Shown here: in pieces, positions 1 through 7,171 of the stretch
Layout of the letters: every line of letters begins with the position of its first letter
Numbering within the stretch: the first letter of the stretch is position 1
Assembly: GCA_945929845.1 (NCBI GenBank)
Contig: CAMEON010000001.1
Location: 134,374 to 198,373, forward strand
Origin: an uncultured Clostridia bacterium
Lineage (GTDB): Bacteria > Bacillota > Clostridia > Oscillospirales > CAG-272
Direction: 5' to 3'
DNA: 64,000 bases
Notes under the pieces: generated by a model
What the model was told of the DNA's origin: nothing
What the model saw: the letters and a program-made list of their open reading frames with translations, nothing else
Databases searched by the model: none
Translations under genes and position numbers: made by a program

Positions 1-1
1 C

Positions 2-823
2 GTCACGACAGACCGGCAGAAGGGCACCCTGAAACAGTTCTCCGATGAAGCCGGCTACGAGACCTTCGTAGTGCCGGACGATGTGGGTGGACGCTTCTCC
101 GTGCTGACAGCCGTGGGACTGTTGCCCATCGCCGTGGCCGGCATAGATATCGATGAACTGATGGCCGGAGCCGCCGAAGCCATGCACGAATACAGCGACC
201 CCAGCCTGGAAGCCAACCAGGCTTACCGCTACGCCGCCCTGCGGAATATCCTGTACCGGAAGGGAAAGACCACGGAGATCCTGGTGGGCTATGAGCCCTA
301 TGCCGCCATGTTCAATGAGTGGTGGAAACAGCTCTTCGGCGAGAGCGAGGGCAAGGATCAGCGGGGCATTTTCCCGGCCTCCGTCATCTTCTCCACCGAC
401 CTGCATTCCTTGGGTCAGTACATCCAGGACGGTATGCGCAACCTGTTCGAGACGGTGATCTCCGTGGAGAAAGATACCGTGTCCTATACCATCCCCAACG
501 ACCCGGACAACATCGACGGGCTGAACTTCCTTTCCGGCATGGATATGAATCAGGTCAAGAAAACAGCCATGCAGGCGACTCTCCTGGCTCATGTGGACGG
601 CGGTGTGCCCAATCTGCTCATTGAAATGAGCGACCGGAGTGCCAGGACGCTGGGTCACCTGATCTACTTCTTTGAACTGGCATGCGCCATCTCCGGATAC
701 CTCCTGGGCGTCAATCCATTCAACCAGCCCGGTGTGGAGGCGTATAAGAAGAATATGTTCGCCCTGCTGGGTAAGCCCGGCTATGAGGATCAGAAGGCCG
801 CCCTCTGCGCAAGACTGAACTGA
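2..823 (+). CDS. pgi: glucose-6-phosphate isomerase, C-terminal ~273 aa (5' end lies outside the window)
   Basis: The frame is open from the window edge. The translation ([32 protein letters not shown] ... [16 protein letters not shown]) matches the short Firmicute-type PGI. Stop at 821-823. Confidence 0.9.
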   Translation, partial: VTTDRQKGTLKQFSDEAGYETFVVPDDVGGRFSVLTAVGLLPIAVAGIDIDELMAGAAEAMHEYSDPSLEANQAYRYAALRNILYRKGKTTEILVGYEPYAAMFNEWWKQLFGESEGKDQRGIFPASVIFSTDLHSLGQYIQDGMRNLFETVISVEKDTVSYTIPNDPDNIDGLNFLSGMDMNQVKKTAMQATLLAHVDGGVPNLLIEMSDRSARTLGHLIYFFELACAISGYLLGVNPFNQPGVEAYKKNMFALLGKPGYEDQKAALCARLN

Positions 824-858
824 AAATCAATTACATACAAAAATCCTTCAAGTACGGT

Positions 859-966
859 GTTTTGAAAGTCATTGCAGGGGTCTGGGGGAACTTTCTTCAG
901 ATAGTTTCCCCGGCGTACCTCGGCGTACTGCCCGTTTACCTGGCTGAACTGTAACCGAAGTTCACC
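859..966 (+). repeat. intergenic repeat family B, copy A
   Basis: GTTTTGAAAGTC..GGGGTCTGGG, then an imperfect hairpin (884-911), then CCCCGGCGTACC and CTGAACTGTAAC. The same scaffold recurs at 34535 and 40000. Confidence 0.6.
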
Positions 967-1006
967 GGAAATTTACGAAAATTTCTCGATTTGGCCACCA
1001 AAGCCC

Positions 1007-1035
1007 TTGCATTTTACACATATTTATGATATAAT
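1007..1035 (+). promoter_or_regulatory. sigma-A type promoter (TTGCAT-17-TATAAT)
   Basis: -35 TTGCAT at 1007-1012, a 17-nt spacer, -10 TATAAT at 1030-1035. It lies about 60 nt upstream of the 1098 start. Confidence 0.6.
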
Positions 1036-1097
1036 ACAGGTACAATCAACCTGTCCCCTCCGGGAGGATGAGGCAGAGAGAAAGGAAGAACACACAT

Positions 1098-1505
1098 ATG
1101 ATTAAACTTCTTATCGGCGTCAAAGGTACCGGCAAAACCAAGACCCTGATCGACAAGGCCAATGAGGCTCTGGCCGCTTCCAAGGGGAATGTGGTCTGTC
1201 TGGAAAAGGGAACGAAACTCCGCTATGACATCAATTATCAGGTGCGCTTGATCAATACGGACGAGTATCTGATCAACAACGCCTCCGGACTTGGCGGCTT
1301 CGTCGCAGGTATTCTGGCCAGCAACAGCGATGTGACTGACCTGTTCATTGACTCCGCCCTGAAAATATGCAGGGATGATAAGGAGGCATTTGATGCTTTC
1401 CTGAAGGATCTGGATAAGCTGACCAAGGGTGCCGACCTGAATATCATCATGACTGTCTCTCTGCCCGTTGAGGAGGCAAGCGAGACCATGAAGGCATTCA
1501 TATAA
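1098..1505 (+). CDS. small (135 aa) P-loop NTPase-like protein, function unknown
   Basis: Start chosen at the ATG after RBS GAAAGGAAG. Walker A-like GVKGTGKTK and Walker B-like DLFIDS motifs. Too short for a complete classical NTPase. Confidence 0.7.
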   Translation: MIKLLIGVKGTGKTKTLIDKANEALAASKGNVVCLEKGTKLRYDINYQVRLINTDEYLINNASGLGGFVAGILASNSDVTDLFIDSALKICRDDKEAFDAFLKDLDKLTKGADLNIIMTVSLPVEEASETMKAFI

Positions 1506-1669
1506 TTCACATATTGCATACGCCGTTCCCTATTCGCAGGCTCTTTGTCGGCATGGCTGGGGACGGCATCTGCTGACCTGTTGGAAGCGGCGAACAGTGG
1601 CCGGAGGGGCTTCTGTTCGCCGTTTGCGCTTACCGCTCACAATGATCATTTGAAGATGGGGGTTCTGTT

Positions 1670-2392
1670 ATGTTCACCGTTGGTCTTGCCGGAGTGCCTG
1701 TGGAGATTGACAACAGGTATGGCTTTGTCGAGGACTTTTGCAGTGGATACCAATGGAAAGCAAGCGCAGGGAAAGACCAAGCACCGGCTTTCCGTGTGTC
1801 GGTGACAGAGGAAAAGATCAGGGCCTATACGCAGACATGTGGCCGTCCCATGACACCGCCGGAGGCGGAGTGCGCCCTTTTGTACCGGGAGATCTGCGGC
1901 CGGATGCCGGCTTATGATACACTTCTGCTTCATGCCGCTGTGCTGTCTGTAGACGGCCGGGGATATGCCTTCTCCGCCCGGCGGGGCGTGGGCAAGACCA
2001 CCCACATCTCTCTGTGGCAGGCCGCTTACGGTAGCCGGGTGACGGTGATCAACGGAGATAAGCCCCTGGTTCGCCGAGGAGATGACGGACACTGGCGGGT
2101 GTACGGTACCCCCTGGTGCGGGAAGGAGGGGTTTGAGACCAACACCGACTGCCCCCTGACAGCCCTGTGCTTCTTAGAACAGGGACAGGAGAACCACATG
2201 ACTCCCAACCCGGCCGCAGACACCGCCGCCCGGATCCTGGAGGGCACCATCCTGCCCCCGGAGCCTGCCATGCAGGACAGAATGGCGGCCCTTGTGGGGG
2301 CTTTGACAAGGGATGTCCCGGCCTTCCTGCTGGTATGCCTGCCTCAGAAGTCTGCCGCTGAGTTGGCATATGCCACACTTTCAGGTGTGTGA
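1670..2392 (+). CDS. HPr kinase / PEPCK-superfamily P-loop protein (HprK-related kinase-like), function unknown
   Basis: LLHAAVLSVDGRGYAFSARRGVGKTTHISLW resembles the HprK C-terminal domain pattern (HA.av...g.a.lf.G.sG.GKST). It is followed by INGDKPLV...GTPWCGKEG. Assignment is by motif only. Confidence 0.65.
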   Translation: MFTVGLAGVPVEIDNRYGFVEDFCSGYQWKASAGKDQAPAFRVSVTEEKIRAYTQTCGRPMTPPEAECALLYREICGRMPAYDTLLLHAAVLSVDGRGYAFSARRGVGKTTHISLWQAAYGSRVTVINGDKPLVRRGDDGHWRVYGTPWCGKEGFETNTDCPLTALCFLEQGQENHMTPNPAADTAARILEGTILPPEPAMQDRMAALVGALTRDVPAFLLVCLPQKSAAELAYATLSGV

Positions 2393-2449
2393 ATGGTACG
2401 ATTTCATGATGTATATTATCAGTGGTGCAATGTTCAGGTAAGTGATACC

Positions 2450-2487
2450 GCAACCCAGATCATGAAAGTGAGCGGGGTTGCTTTTTT
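2450..2487 (+). terminator. rho-independent terminator after the HprK-like gene
   Basis: Stem GCAACCC (2450-2456) pairs with GGGTTGC (2475-2481), followed by TTTTTT (2482-2487). The loop is rather long. Confidence 0.6.
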
Positions 2488-2529
2488 GAATCCATAGATC
2501 AGGCAGTTTTTTAGGGAAATCGTCGTTTA

Positions 2530-2697
2530 TTAAGGAAACGCTGATTTAATGAGGTGGTACAGATTCGGTACAGATTTTTTCGTCTGCGATTGCGAAAAAC
2601 TCAAGATGTACTGGATGTACATCGAGTTTTTCGGCAAGAAGCAGGCGGGAAAAGATGTGCCGAAGATGTGCCACCGAATAAATCAGCGGTTCCTTAA
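2530..2697 (+). repeat. 168-bp palindromic (MITE/REP-like) element, copy 1 of 3
   Basis: Terminal inverted repeats TTAAGGAAACGCTGATTTA / TAAATCAGCGGTTCCTTAA. GGTACAGATT x2 and AAGATGTGCC x2, each pair with 11-bp phase. Central hairpin at 2593-2633. Near-identical to 8119-8287 and 59813-59979. Confidence 0.9.
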
Positions 2698-2749
2698 CAT
2701 TGCCTTTATAATTCTGTGGTATGATAACCCGGAAAAGAAAACTGGAGAA

Positions 2750-3535
2750 ATGGATTCAATGGAAATAGTAGTCAAAATCATTGTATGCCTGCTTGCCGGG
2801 GCGGGTGCCGGCTTTGGTACAGGACTGGCCGGGCTTTCGGCGGCGGCTGTGATCGCACCCATGCTGATCACTTTTCTGAATGTGAATGCCTATGAAGCCG
2901 TAGGGATTGCCCTGGCCTCGGATGTGCTGGCCTCGGCCGTGTCCGCCTATACCTACAAGAAGAACAAGAATATGGATGTGAAAAACGGCCTCATCATGCT
3001 GGTGGCGGTGCTGATATTCACCCTCGTGGGCAGTTACCTGGCCTCCCTGCTACCGCAGAGAACCATGGGCGGCTTCTCCATGTTCATGACTCTGTTCGCA
3101 GGACTGAAATTCATCGTCCGGCCTGTCATGTCAGCCAAGGAAAGCAATCAGAACAGGAGCAAACGGAAAGCCGCCGTGCAATCCATCCTGTGCGGCATGG
3201 TCATTGGCCTTGTATGCGGTTTTGTCGGTGCGGGAGGCGGTATGCTCATGCTGTTGGTTCTGGTCAGCGTGCTGGGATATGAATTGAAAACAGCGGTGGG
3301 AACCAGCGTTTTCATCATGACCTTTACCGCACTGACCGGTGCCGTATCCCATATGGCCATCGGCGGAGGCGTGACGGATATCTCTATCCTGATCATGTGT
3401 ATCGTCTTTACCCTGATCGGTGCCTTGTTGACCGCCCGGTTTGCCAATAAGGCATCGCCAAAGGTCATGAACCGCGCCCTGGGCTTTGGCCTTGTCGGTA
3501 TGAGTCTTGTCATGATCATCATAAAATATATTTGA
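2750..3535 (+). CDS. TauE/SafE family sulfite/anion exporter-like membrane protein
   Basis: Polytopic membrane protein with the Gly-rich LAGAGAGFGTGLAGLSAA motif repeated as GFVGAGGGMLM. The upstream part of the tracked ORF (2549-2700) is the repeat element, not coding sequence. Start may be 2750 or 2759. Confidence 0.8.
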   Translation: MDSMEIVVKIIVCLLAGAGAGFGTGLAGLSAAAVIAPMLITFLNVNAYEAVGIALASDVLASAVSAYTYKKNKNMDVKNGLIMLVAVLIFTLVGSYLASLLPQRTMGGFSMFMTLFAGLKFIVRPVMSAKESNQNRSKRKAAVQSILCGMVIGLVCGFVGAGGGMLMLLVLVSVLGYELKTAVGTSVFIMTFTALTGAVSHMAIGGGVTDISILIMCIVFTLIGALLTARFANKASPKVMNRALGFGLVGMSLVMIIIKYI

Positions 3536-3569
3536 TCATCGTGGAAAAGTTGTGATTCTCCTGTAGAAA

Positions 3570-3625
3570 ATGCAAAACCCCCGCAGTAACAGTATCGGTT
3601 GCTCACCGATATCTGTTCTGCGGGG
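3570..3625 (-). terminator. terminator hairpin between convergent genes (better on the minus strand)
   Basis: CCCCGCAG (3579-3586) pairs with CTGCGGGG (3618-3625), with an imperfect inner stem. On the minus strand it is followed by GTTTTGCATTTT. Confidence 0.55.
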
Positions 3626-3661
3626 ATCAATTCTGATTATGAATGAAACTTACAGCGGAAC

Positions 3662-3907
3662 TCACTCAGCCGGGGCTGTTTCTGTAGGTTCTTCTGTGTC
3701 TGCTATTTCAGGTTCGGTTGTCACATCAGGGGTCTTTTCGGATTCTGTGGGTTCGTCAGAAGCAACGGCCGCTACCGACTGGCTTTCTGTAATGGCATCC
3801 GTATCGGTACCATTCTTTTCTGTTTCATGACAAGCGGCAAAAGAGACAACGAGGGACAGGATAAGCAGGGATAGGGCGGTATACAGGATGAGCGTCCTCT
3901 TTTTCAT
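3662..3907 (-). CDS. small acidic lipoprotein (81 aa)
   Basis: MKKRTLILYTALSLLILSLVVSFAAC gives a signal peptide and lipobox. The tail is Thr/Glu/Asp-rich. ATG at 3907 follows RBS AAGAAAGGA. Confidence 0.75.
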   Translation of the reverse strand: MKKRTLILYTALSLLILSLVVSFAACHETEKNGTDTDAITESQSVAAVASDEPTESEKTPDVTTEPEIADTEEPTETAPAE

Positions 3908-3955
3908 GGTTGTATGTCCTTTCTTGTTCCGCATCATTTCAGAGTAACTGTGGCA

Positions 3956-3984
3956 ATTATAACATAATGCGGGCTGTCTGTCAA
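3956..3984 (-). promoter_or_regulatory. sigma-A promoter, exact TTGACA-17-TATAAT
   Basis: The minus strand reads TTGACA (3984-3979), a 17-nt spacer, then TATAAT (3961-3956). It is upstream of the lipoprotein gene. Confidence 0.75.
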
Positions 3985-3997
3985 CAAATTTTTGAAT

Positions 3998-4014
3998 TTT
4001 TGAACGATTCAAAA
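3998..4014. promoter_or_regulatory. perfect 17-bp palindrome TTTTGAA-CGA-TTCAAAA (candidate operator)
   Basis: Read directly. It sits 14 bp upstream of the -35 of the lipoprotein promoter, between two divergent consensus promoters. Confidence 0.35.
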
Positions 4015-4105
4015 TGACTGTCCGGTGTTACCGGCTCTCCGTCAGGTTCCGGGGGAAAACAGCTTTTCCAACCGCAAATTTTCAGTGAATTTTCAGTGAT
4101 TTTGA

Positions 4106-4134
4106 TTGACAAATCAGGAAAGGTGATATATAAT
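4106..4134 (+). promoter_or_regulatory. sigma-A promoter, exact TTGACA-17-TATAAT
   Basis: TTGACA at 4106-4111, a 17-nt spacer, TATAAT at 4129-4134. It lies about 80 nt upstream of the 4217 start. Confidence 0.75.
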
Positions 4135-4216
4135 ACCCTTACAGGATGCATCAGGACTGTGCATAACAAGTGAAGCCAATATGAACAGAGAAAAGAAATA
4201 AGAAAGGGAATAACAT

Positions 4217-5926
4217 ATGGAAAAATGTCAATGCCGCACGGAGCAGACAGGGCGGGGAACCTGCGGCCCACTGATGGCTGTGGATGCGTTGGGTCGTCCC
4301 ACGCCGGATCATGAGGCCGGTGCGCCCCTGCCTCGGGAGAACCGGCTGGTGGGCCTGTTTTACTTCCTCTGGCTGGGTGAATGCGGTCATCATAAACCGT
4401 ACAATGTGTCCGAGATCGTCGCCGCTGACCCCGAAGCCGGGTATAAGCCGGACAGCGATGTGTGGGGCGGGGTAGGCGTTTACCACCACTGGGGCGAGCC
4501 TTTCTACGGCTACTATTACTCCAACGACGAGTGGGTGGTGCGCCACCACATGAAGCTCATCATGCAGGCCGGTATTGATTTCCTGTTCTTCGATACCACA
4601 AATGCCGTGATGTATGAGCACAATGCCAAACTGGTCATGCGGGTGCTCCAGGAATACCACGATGAAGGATGGAAGATCCCGCAGGTCATGTTCTACACCA
4701 ACACCGCCTCCGGACGCACGGTGCAGGAGATTTATGACAAGATATACAAGCCCGGGTATTGCAAGGACACCTGGTTCTGCCTGGACGGCAAGCCGGTGAT
4801 CATTGCGGTGGAAGCCGAATGCTCCGAGGAGTGCCGGGCATTCTTCAACATCAAAATGTCCCAGTGGCCCAATGAGCCGGATAAACTGGGCGGCTGGCCC
4901 TGGATGGACTTTACCCGTCCCCAGCGTGTGTTCGCCAATCTCAAGGGTGAGCCGGAGGTCATCAATGTGTCGGTAGCCCAGCACCCCCAGCTTCGGTTCG
5001 GCGATTCTGTCCTGTACGGGGAGACAGGCAACTGCGGCCGTGCCTTCCACAATGGGGCCAATGACCCGGATCCGGATGCCTGGAAGCGCGGATACAACTT
5101 TGCCGAGCAGTTTGACCGGGCTGTGGAGACTGACCCGCCCATCGTGCTGGTAACAGGCTGGAACGAGTGGATCGCCGGTCGCTGGCAGGGCATTCCCGAG
5201 CGGCCTATCATGTTCGTGGACTGTGCCAACTACGAGTACAGCCGGGACATCGAGATGATGAAGGGTGGCTACTTTGACAACTTCTTCATGCAGCTGGTGG
5301 ACTATGTGCGCCGGTATAAGGGAGTGGAGAGCACCCCGGTCTTCCATAGGATCGATGGGCCGAAGGGTGCAGAGGTCGGTTGCTTCCGGGAAGCAAAGGC
5401 GGTGTATGATTCCTTTGACGATGGGGATTTTGCCCGCCATGCCCAGGGCTCTGGCCAGGTGTACGATAACCACACCCAGCGCAACGCCATCACGAAGATC
5501 AAAGTCAAGCACGATGAAGAGTCCCTCTGCTTCATGCTGAAGACCAAGGATGACATCACGCCCGCTGACGGAGTCGGCACCTGGATGCAGATCTATCTCA
5601 ATACGGAAGGCGGCACCGGGTATCAGTACATTCTGAACACCAATCCCGCCGCCAACGGCACCACCACTCTTTCCCGTGTGACAGGACAGGGGGACGATTT
5701 GTCCGCTGAAATCATCCCTGATGTGACTGCATACTACGATGTGCGAGGCAACCGCCTGCGCATCAAGGTACCCCGCAAGGCGATCGGATTGGATCATGGA
5801 CCCTTTACCGTTTGGTTCAAGGCAGTGGACAGCACCGTACCCGTGAAGAACATCGCCGACTTTTACGACAAGGGCGATGCGGCCCCGCTGGGGAGACTGA
5901 ACTTCGTATATAAAGGCGAAGAATAA
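4217..5926 (+). CDS. putative cytoplasmic glycoside hydrolase-like protein (GH71/GH99-like TIM-barrel motifs plus a C-terminal beta-sandwich); family uncertain
   Basis: 569-aa ORF with RBS AAAGGGA. Motifs FYFLWLGE, HHWGEPFYGYYYSNDEWVVRHH, IDFLFFDTTN and TGWNEWIAGRW resemble glycan-hydrolase barrels. No signal peptide. The family name is a guess. Confidence 0.6.
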   Translation: MEKCQCRTEQTGRGTCGPLMAVDALGRPTPDHEAGAPLPRENRLVGLFYFLWLGECGHHKPYNVSEIVAADPEAGYKPDSDVWGGVGVYHHWGEPFYGYYYSNDEWVVRHHMKLIMQAGIDFLFFDTTNAVMYEHNAKLVMRVLQEYHDEGWKIPQVMFYTNTASGRTVQEIYDKIYKPGYCKDTWFCLDGKPVIIAVEAECSEECRAFFNIKMSQWPNEPDKLGGWPWMDFTRPQRVFANLKGEPEVINVSVAQHPQLRFGDSVLYGETGNCGRAFHNGANDPDPDAWKRGYNFAEQFDRAVETDPPIVLVTGWNEWIAGRWQGIPERPIMFVDCANYEYSRDIEMMKGGYFDNFFMQLVDYVRRYKGVESTPVFHRIDGPKGAEVGCFREAKAVYDSFDDGDFARHAQGSGQVYDNHTQRNAITKIKVKHDEESLCFMLKTKDDITPADGVGTWMQIYLNTEGGTGYQYILNTNPAANGTTTLSRVTGQGDDLSAEIIPDVTAYYDVRGNRLRIKVPRKAIGLDHGPFTVWFKAVDSTVPVKNIADFYDKGDAAPLGRLNFVYKGEE

Positions 5927-5967
5927 TCATTACAACAGGAAATTTAATTAAGAAAGAAGCGATACAC

Positions 5968-7155
5968 ATGACAAAGATAGACATTTTCTCCGGCTTTCTG
6001 GGAGCCGGGAAGACAACCCTCATTAAGAAACTGATCTCCGAGGCTTATGCCGGGGAAAAGCTGGTGCTCATTGAGAATGAGTTCGGAGAGATCGGCATTG
6101 ACGGCGGCTTTCTGGCAGAAGCCGGGATCCAGATCAACGAGATGAACTCCGGGTGCATCTGCTGTTCTCTGGTCGGCGACTTCAGCCGGGCACTGGCCAA
6201 AGTGCTGACAGAATACCAGCCTGACCGGATCCTCATCGAGCCTTCCGGTGTGGGCAAGCTGTCGGATGTCATCCGGGCTGTGAAGAATGCCGCCACCGAC
6301 GGTGCCGTGCTCAACGGCTTCACCACGGTGGTTGATGCCGGGAAGTGCAAAATGTATATGAAGAACTTCGGCGAGTTCTTCAACGACCAGGTGGAAAATG
6401 CCGGCTGCATCATTGTCAGCCACACCGATGTGGCTCCGGCCAAGAAGGTGGAGGAGGCGGTTGCCCTGCTCCGGTCGCATAATGCCACCGCTGTGATCGT
6501 GTCCACCCCCTGGAACCAACTGACCGGTGCCCAACTGCTGGAGGCTATGGAGCGCCGTGACACCCTGGAGGCTGAGCTGGCTCGTCTGTCTGCTGACGCA
6601 GAAGAGGACGAGGATGACGACGAGGAACATGAGCATCACCACCATCACCATGACCATGACGATGAAGACGATGACGATGAACACGGGCATTGCTGTTGCC
6701 ACCATCATGACGGCGATGAAGACGAACATGAGCACCATCATCACCATGACGATGAGAACGATGACGATGAACACGGGCATTGCTGTTGCCACCATCATGA
6801 CGGTGACGAAGACGGGCACGAGCACCATCACCACCATCACCATCATCACGATGCAGACGAGGTGTTTGTCAGTTGCGGGGCTGAGACCACGGTTTCCTTT
6901 GATGCCCATGCGTTGGCAGAAAAGCTGGCGGCTCTCTGCGATGAAGCCAAGTACGGTGTTGTACTCCGTGCCAAGGGCATTGTGGCACCGGCAGACGGCG
7001 GCAAGTGGATACACTTTGACTATGTGCCCGGGGAGCCGGATGTCCGGACAGGGCCGTCGGCTGTCATCGGCCGGCTGTGCGTCATCGGCTCCAAGCTGAA
7101 TGTGGAGGCACTGTCTGAGCTGTTCGGCGTGTCCCTGAAGGTCTCTGAGGACTGA
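5968..7155 (+). CDS. COG0523/CobW-family G3E GTPase metallochaperone with a His/Asp/Cys-rich insert
   Basis: Walker A GFLGAGKTTL, ENEFGEIGID, the CxCC motif GCICCSL and a CobW C-terminal domain. The insert carries HGHCCCHHH twice and poly-His runs. Confidence 0.9.
   Translation: MTKIDIFSGFLGAGKTTLIKKLISEAYAGEKLVLIENEFGEIGIDGGFLAEAGIQINEMNSGCICCSLVGDFSRALAKVLTEYQPDRILIEPSGVGKLSDVIRAVKNAATDGAVLNGFTTVVDAGKCKMYMKNFGEFFNDQVENAGCIIVSHTDVAPAKKVEEAVALLRSHNATAVIVSTPWNQLTGAQLLEAMERRDTLEAELARLSADAEEDEDDDEEHEHHHHHHDHDDEDDDDEHGHCCCHHHDGDEDEHEHHHHHDDENDDDEHGHCCCHHHDGDEDGHEHHHHHHHHHDADEVFVSCGAETTVSFDAHALAEKLAALCDEAKYGVVLRAKGIVAPADGGKWIHFDYVPGEPDVRTGPSAVIGRLCVIGSKLNVEALSELFGVSLKVSED
6661..6840 (+). repeat. 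in-frame 90-nt tandem duplication (2 x 30 aa) inside the COG0523 gene
   Basis: 6661-6750 and 6751-6840 are about 90 percent identical. They encode DEDDDDEHGHCCCHHHDGDEDEHEHHHHHD and DENDDDEHGHCCCHHHDGDEDGHEHHHHHH. Confidence 0.9.
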
Positions 7156-7171
7156 CAGGCGGAGGTTCCCT

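Noticed and set aside
1545-1805. An 86-aa TTG-start ORF spans the spacer before the HprK-like gene. I considered it as a possible precursor peptide for the kinase.
   Set aside because: It has no RBS, overlaps the kinase start in another frame, and has an Arg/Cys/Leu-rich composition typical of off-frame GC-rich sequence. I cannot exclude a much shorter peptide without comparative data.
2549-2700. An ORF inside the palindromic element (MRWYRFGTDFF.CDCEKLKMYWMYIEFFGKKQAGKDVPKMC.RINQRF) appears in the ORF track at all three copies and is fused to downstream genes.
   Set aside because: T-run length variation (6, 8 and 7 T) breaks the frame in copy 2. There is no RBS. The sequence is an imperfect palindrome, and the real downstream genes have their own RBS and starts (2750, 8328). 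It is best explained as a non-coding repeat.
4151-5797. Very long antisense ORFs lie opposite real genes. Examples are 4151-5797(-), 11122-12336(+), 18764-20767(+), 22574-23962(+), 28541-29605(+), 50228-51469(+) and 8884-9588(+).
   Set aside because: They are typical of GC-rich DNA. They are rich in Gly/Arg/His/Pro/Leu, have no RBS or recognisable motifs, and each is fully shadowed by a CDS with strong family motifs on the other strand.
5944-7014. A 356-aa minus-strand ORF has MVMVVM/VIV repeats, and a plus-strand alternative-frame ORF at 6527-7099 has TMTMTM repeats.
   Set aside because: Both are reading-frame artefacts of the His/Asp codon repeats (CAT/CAC/GAT/GAC) in the COG0523 insert.
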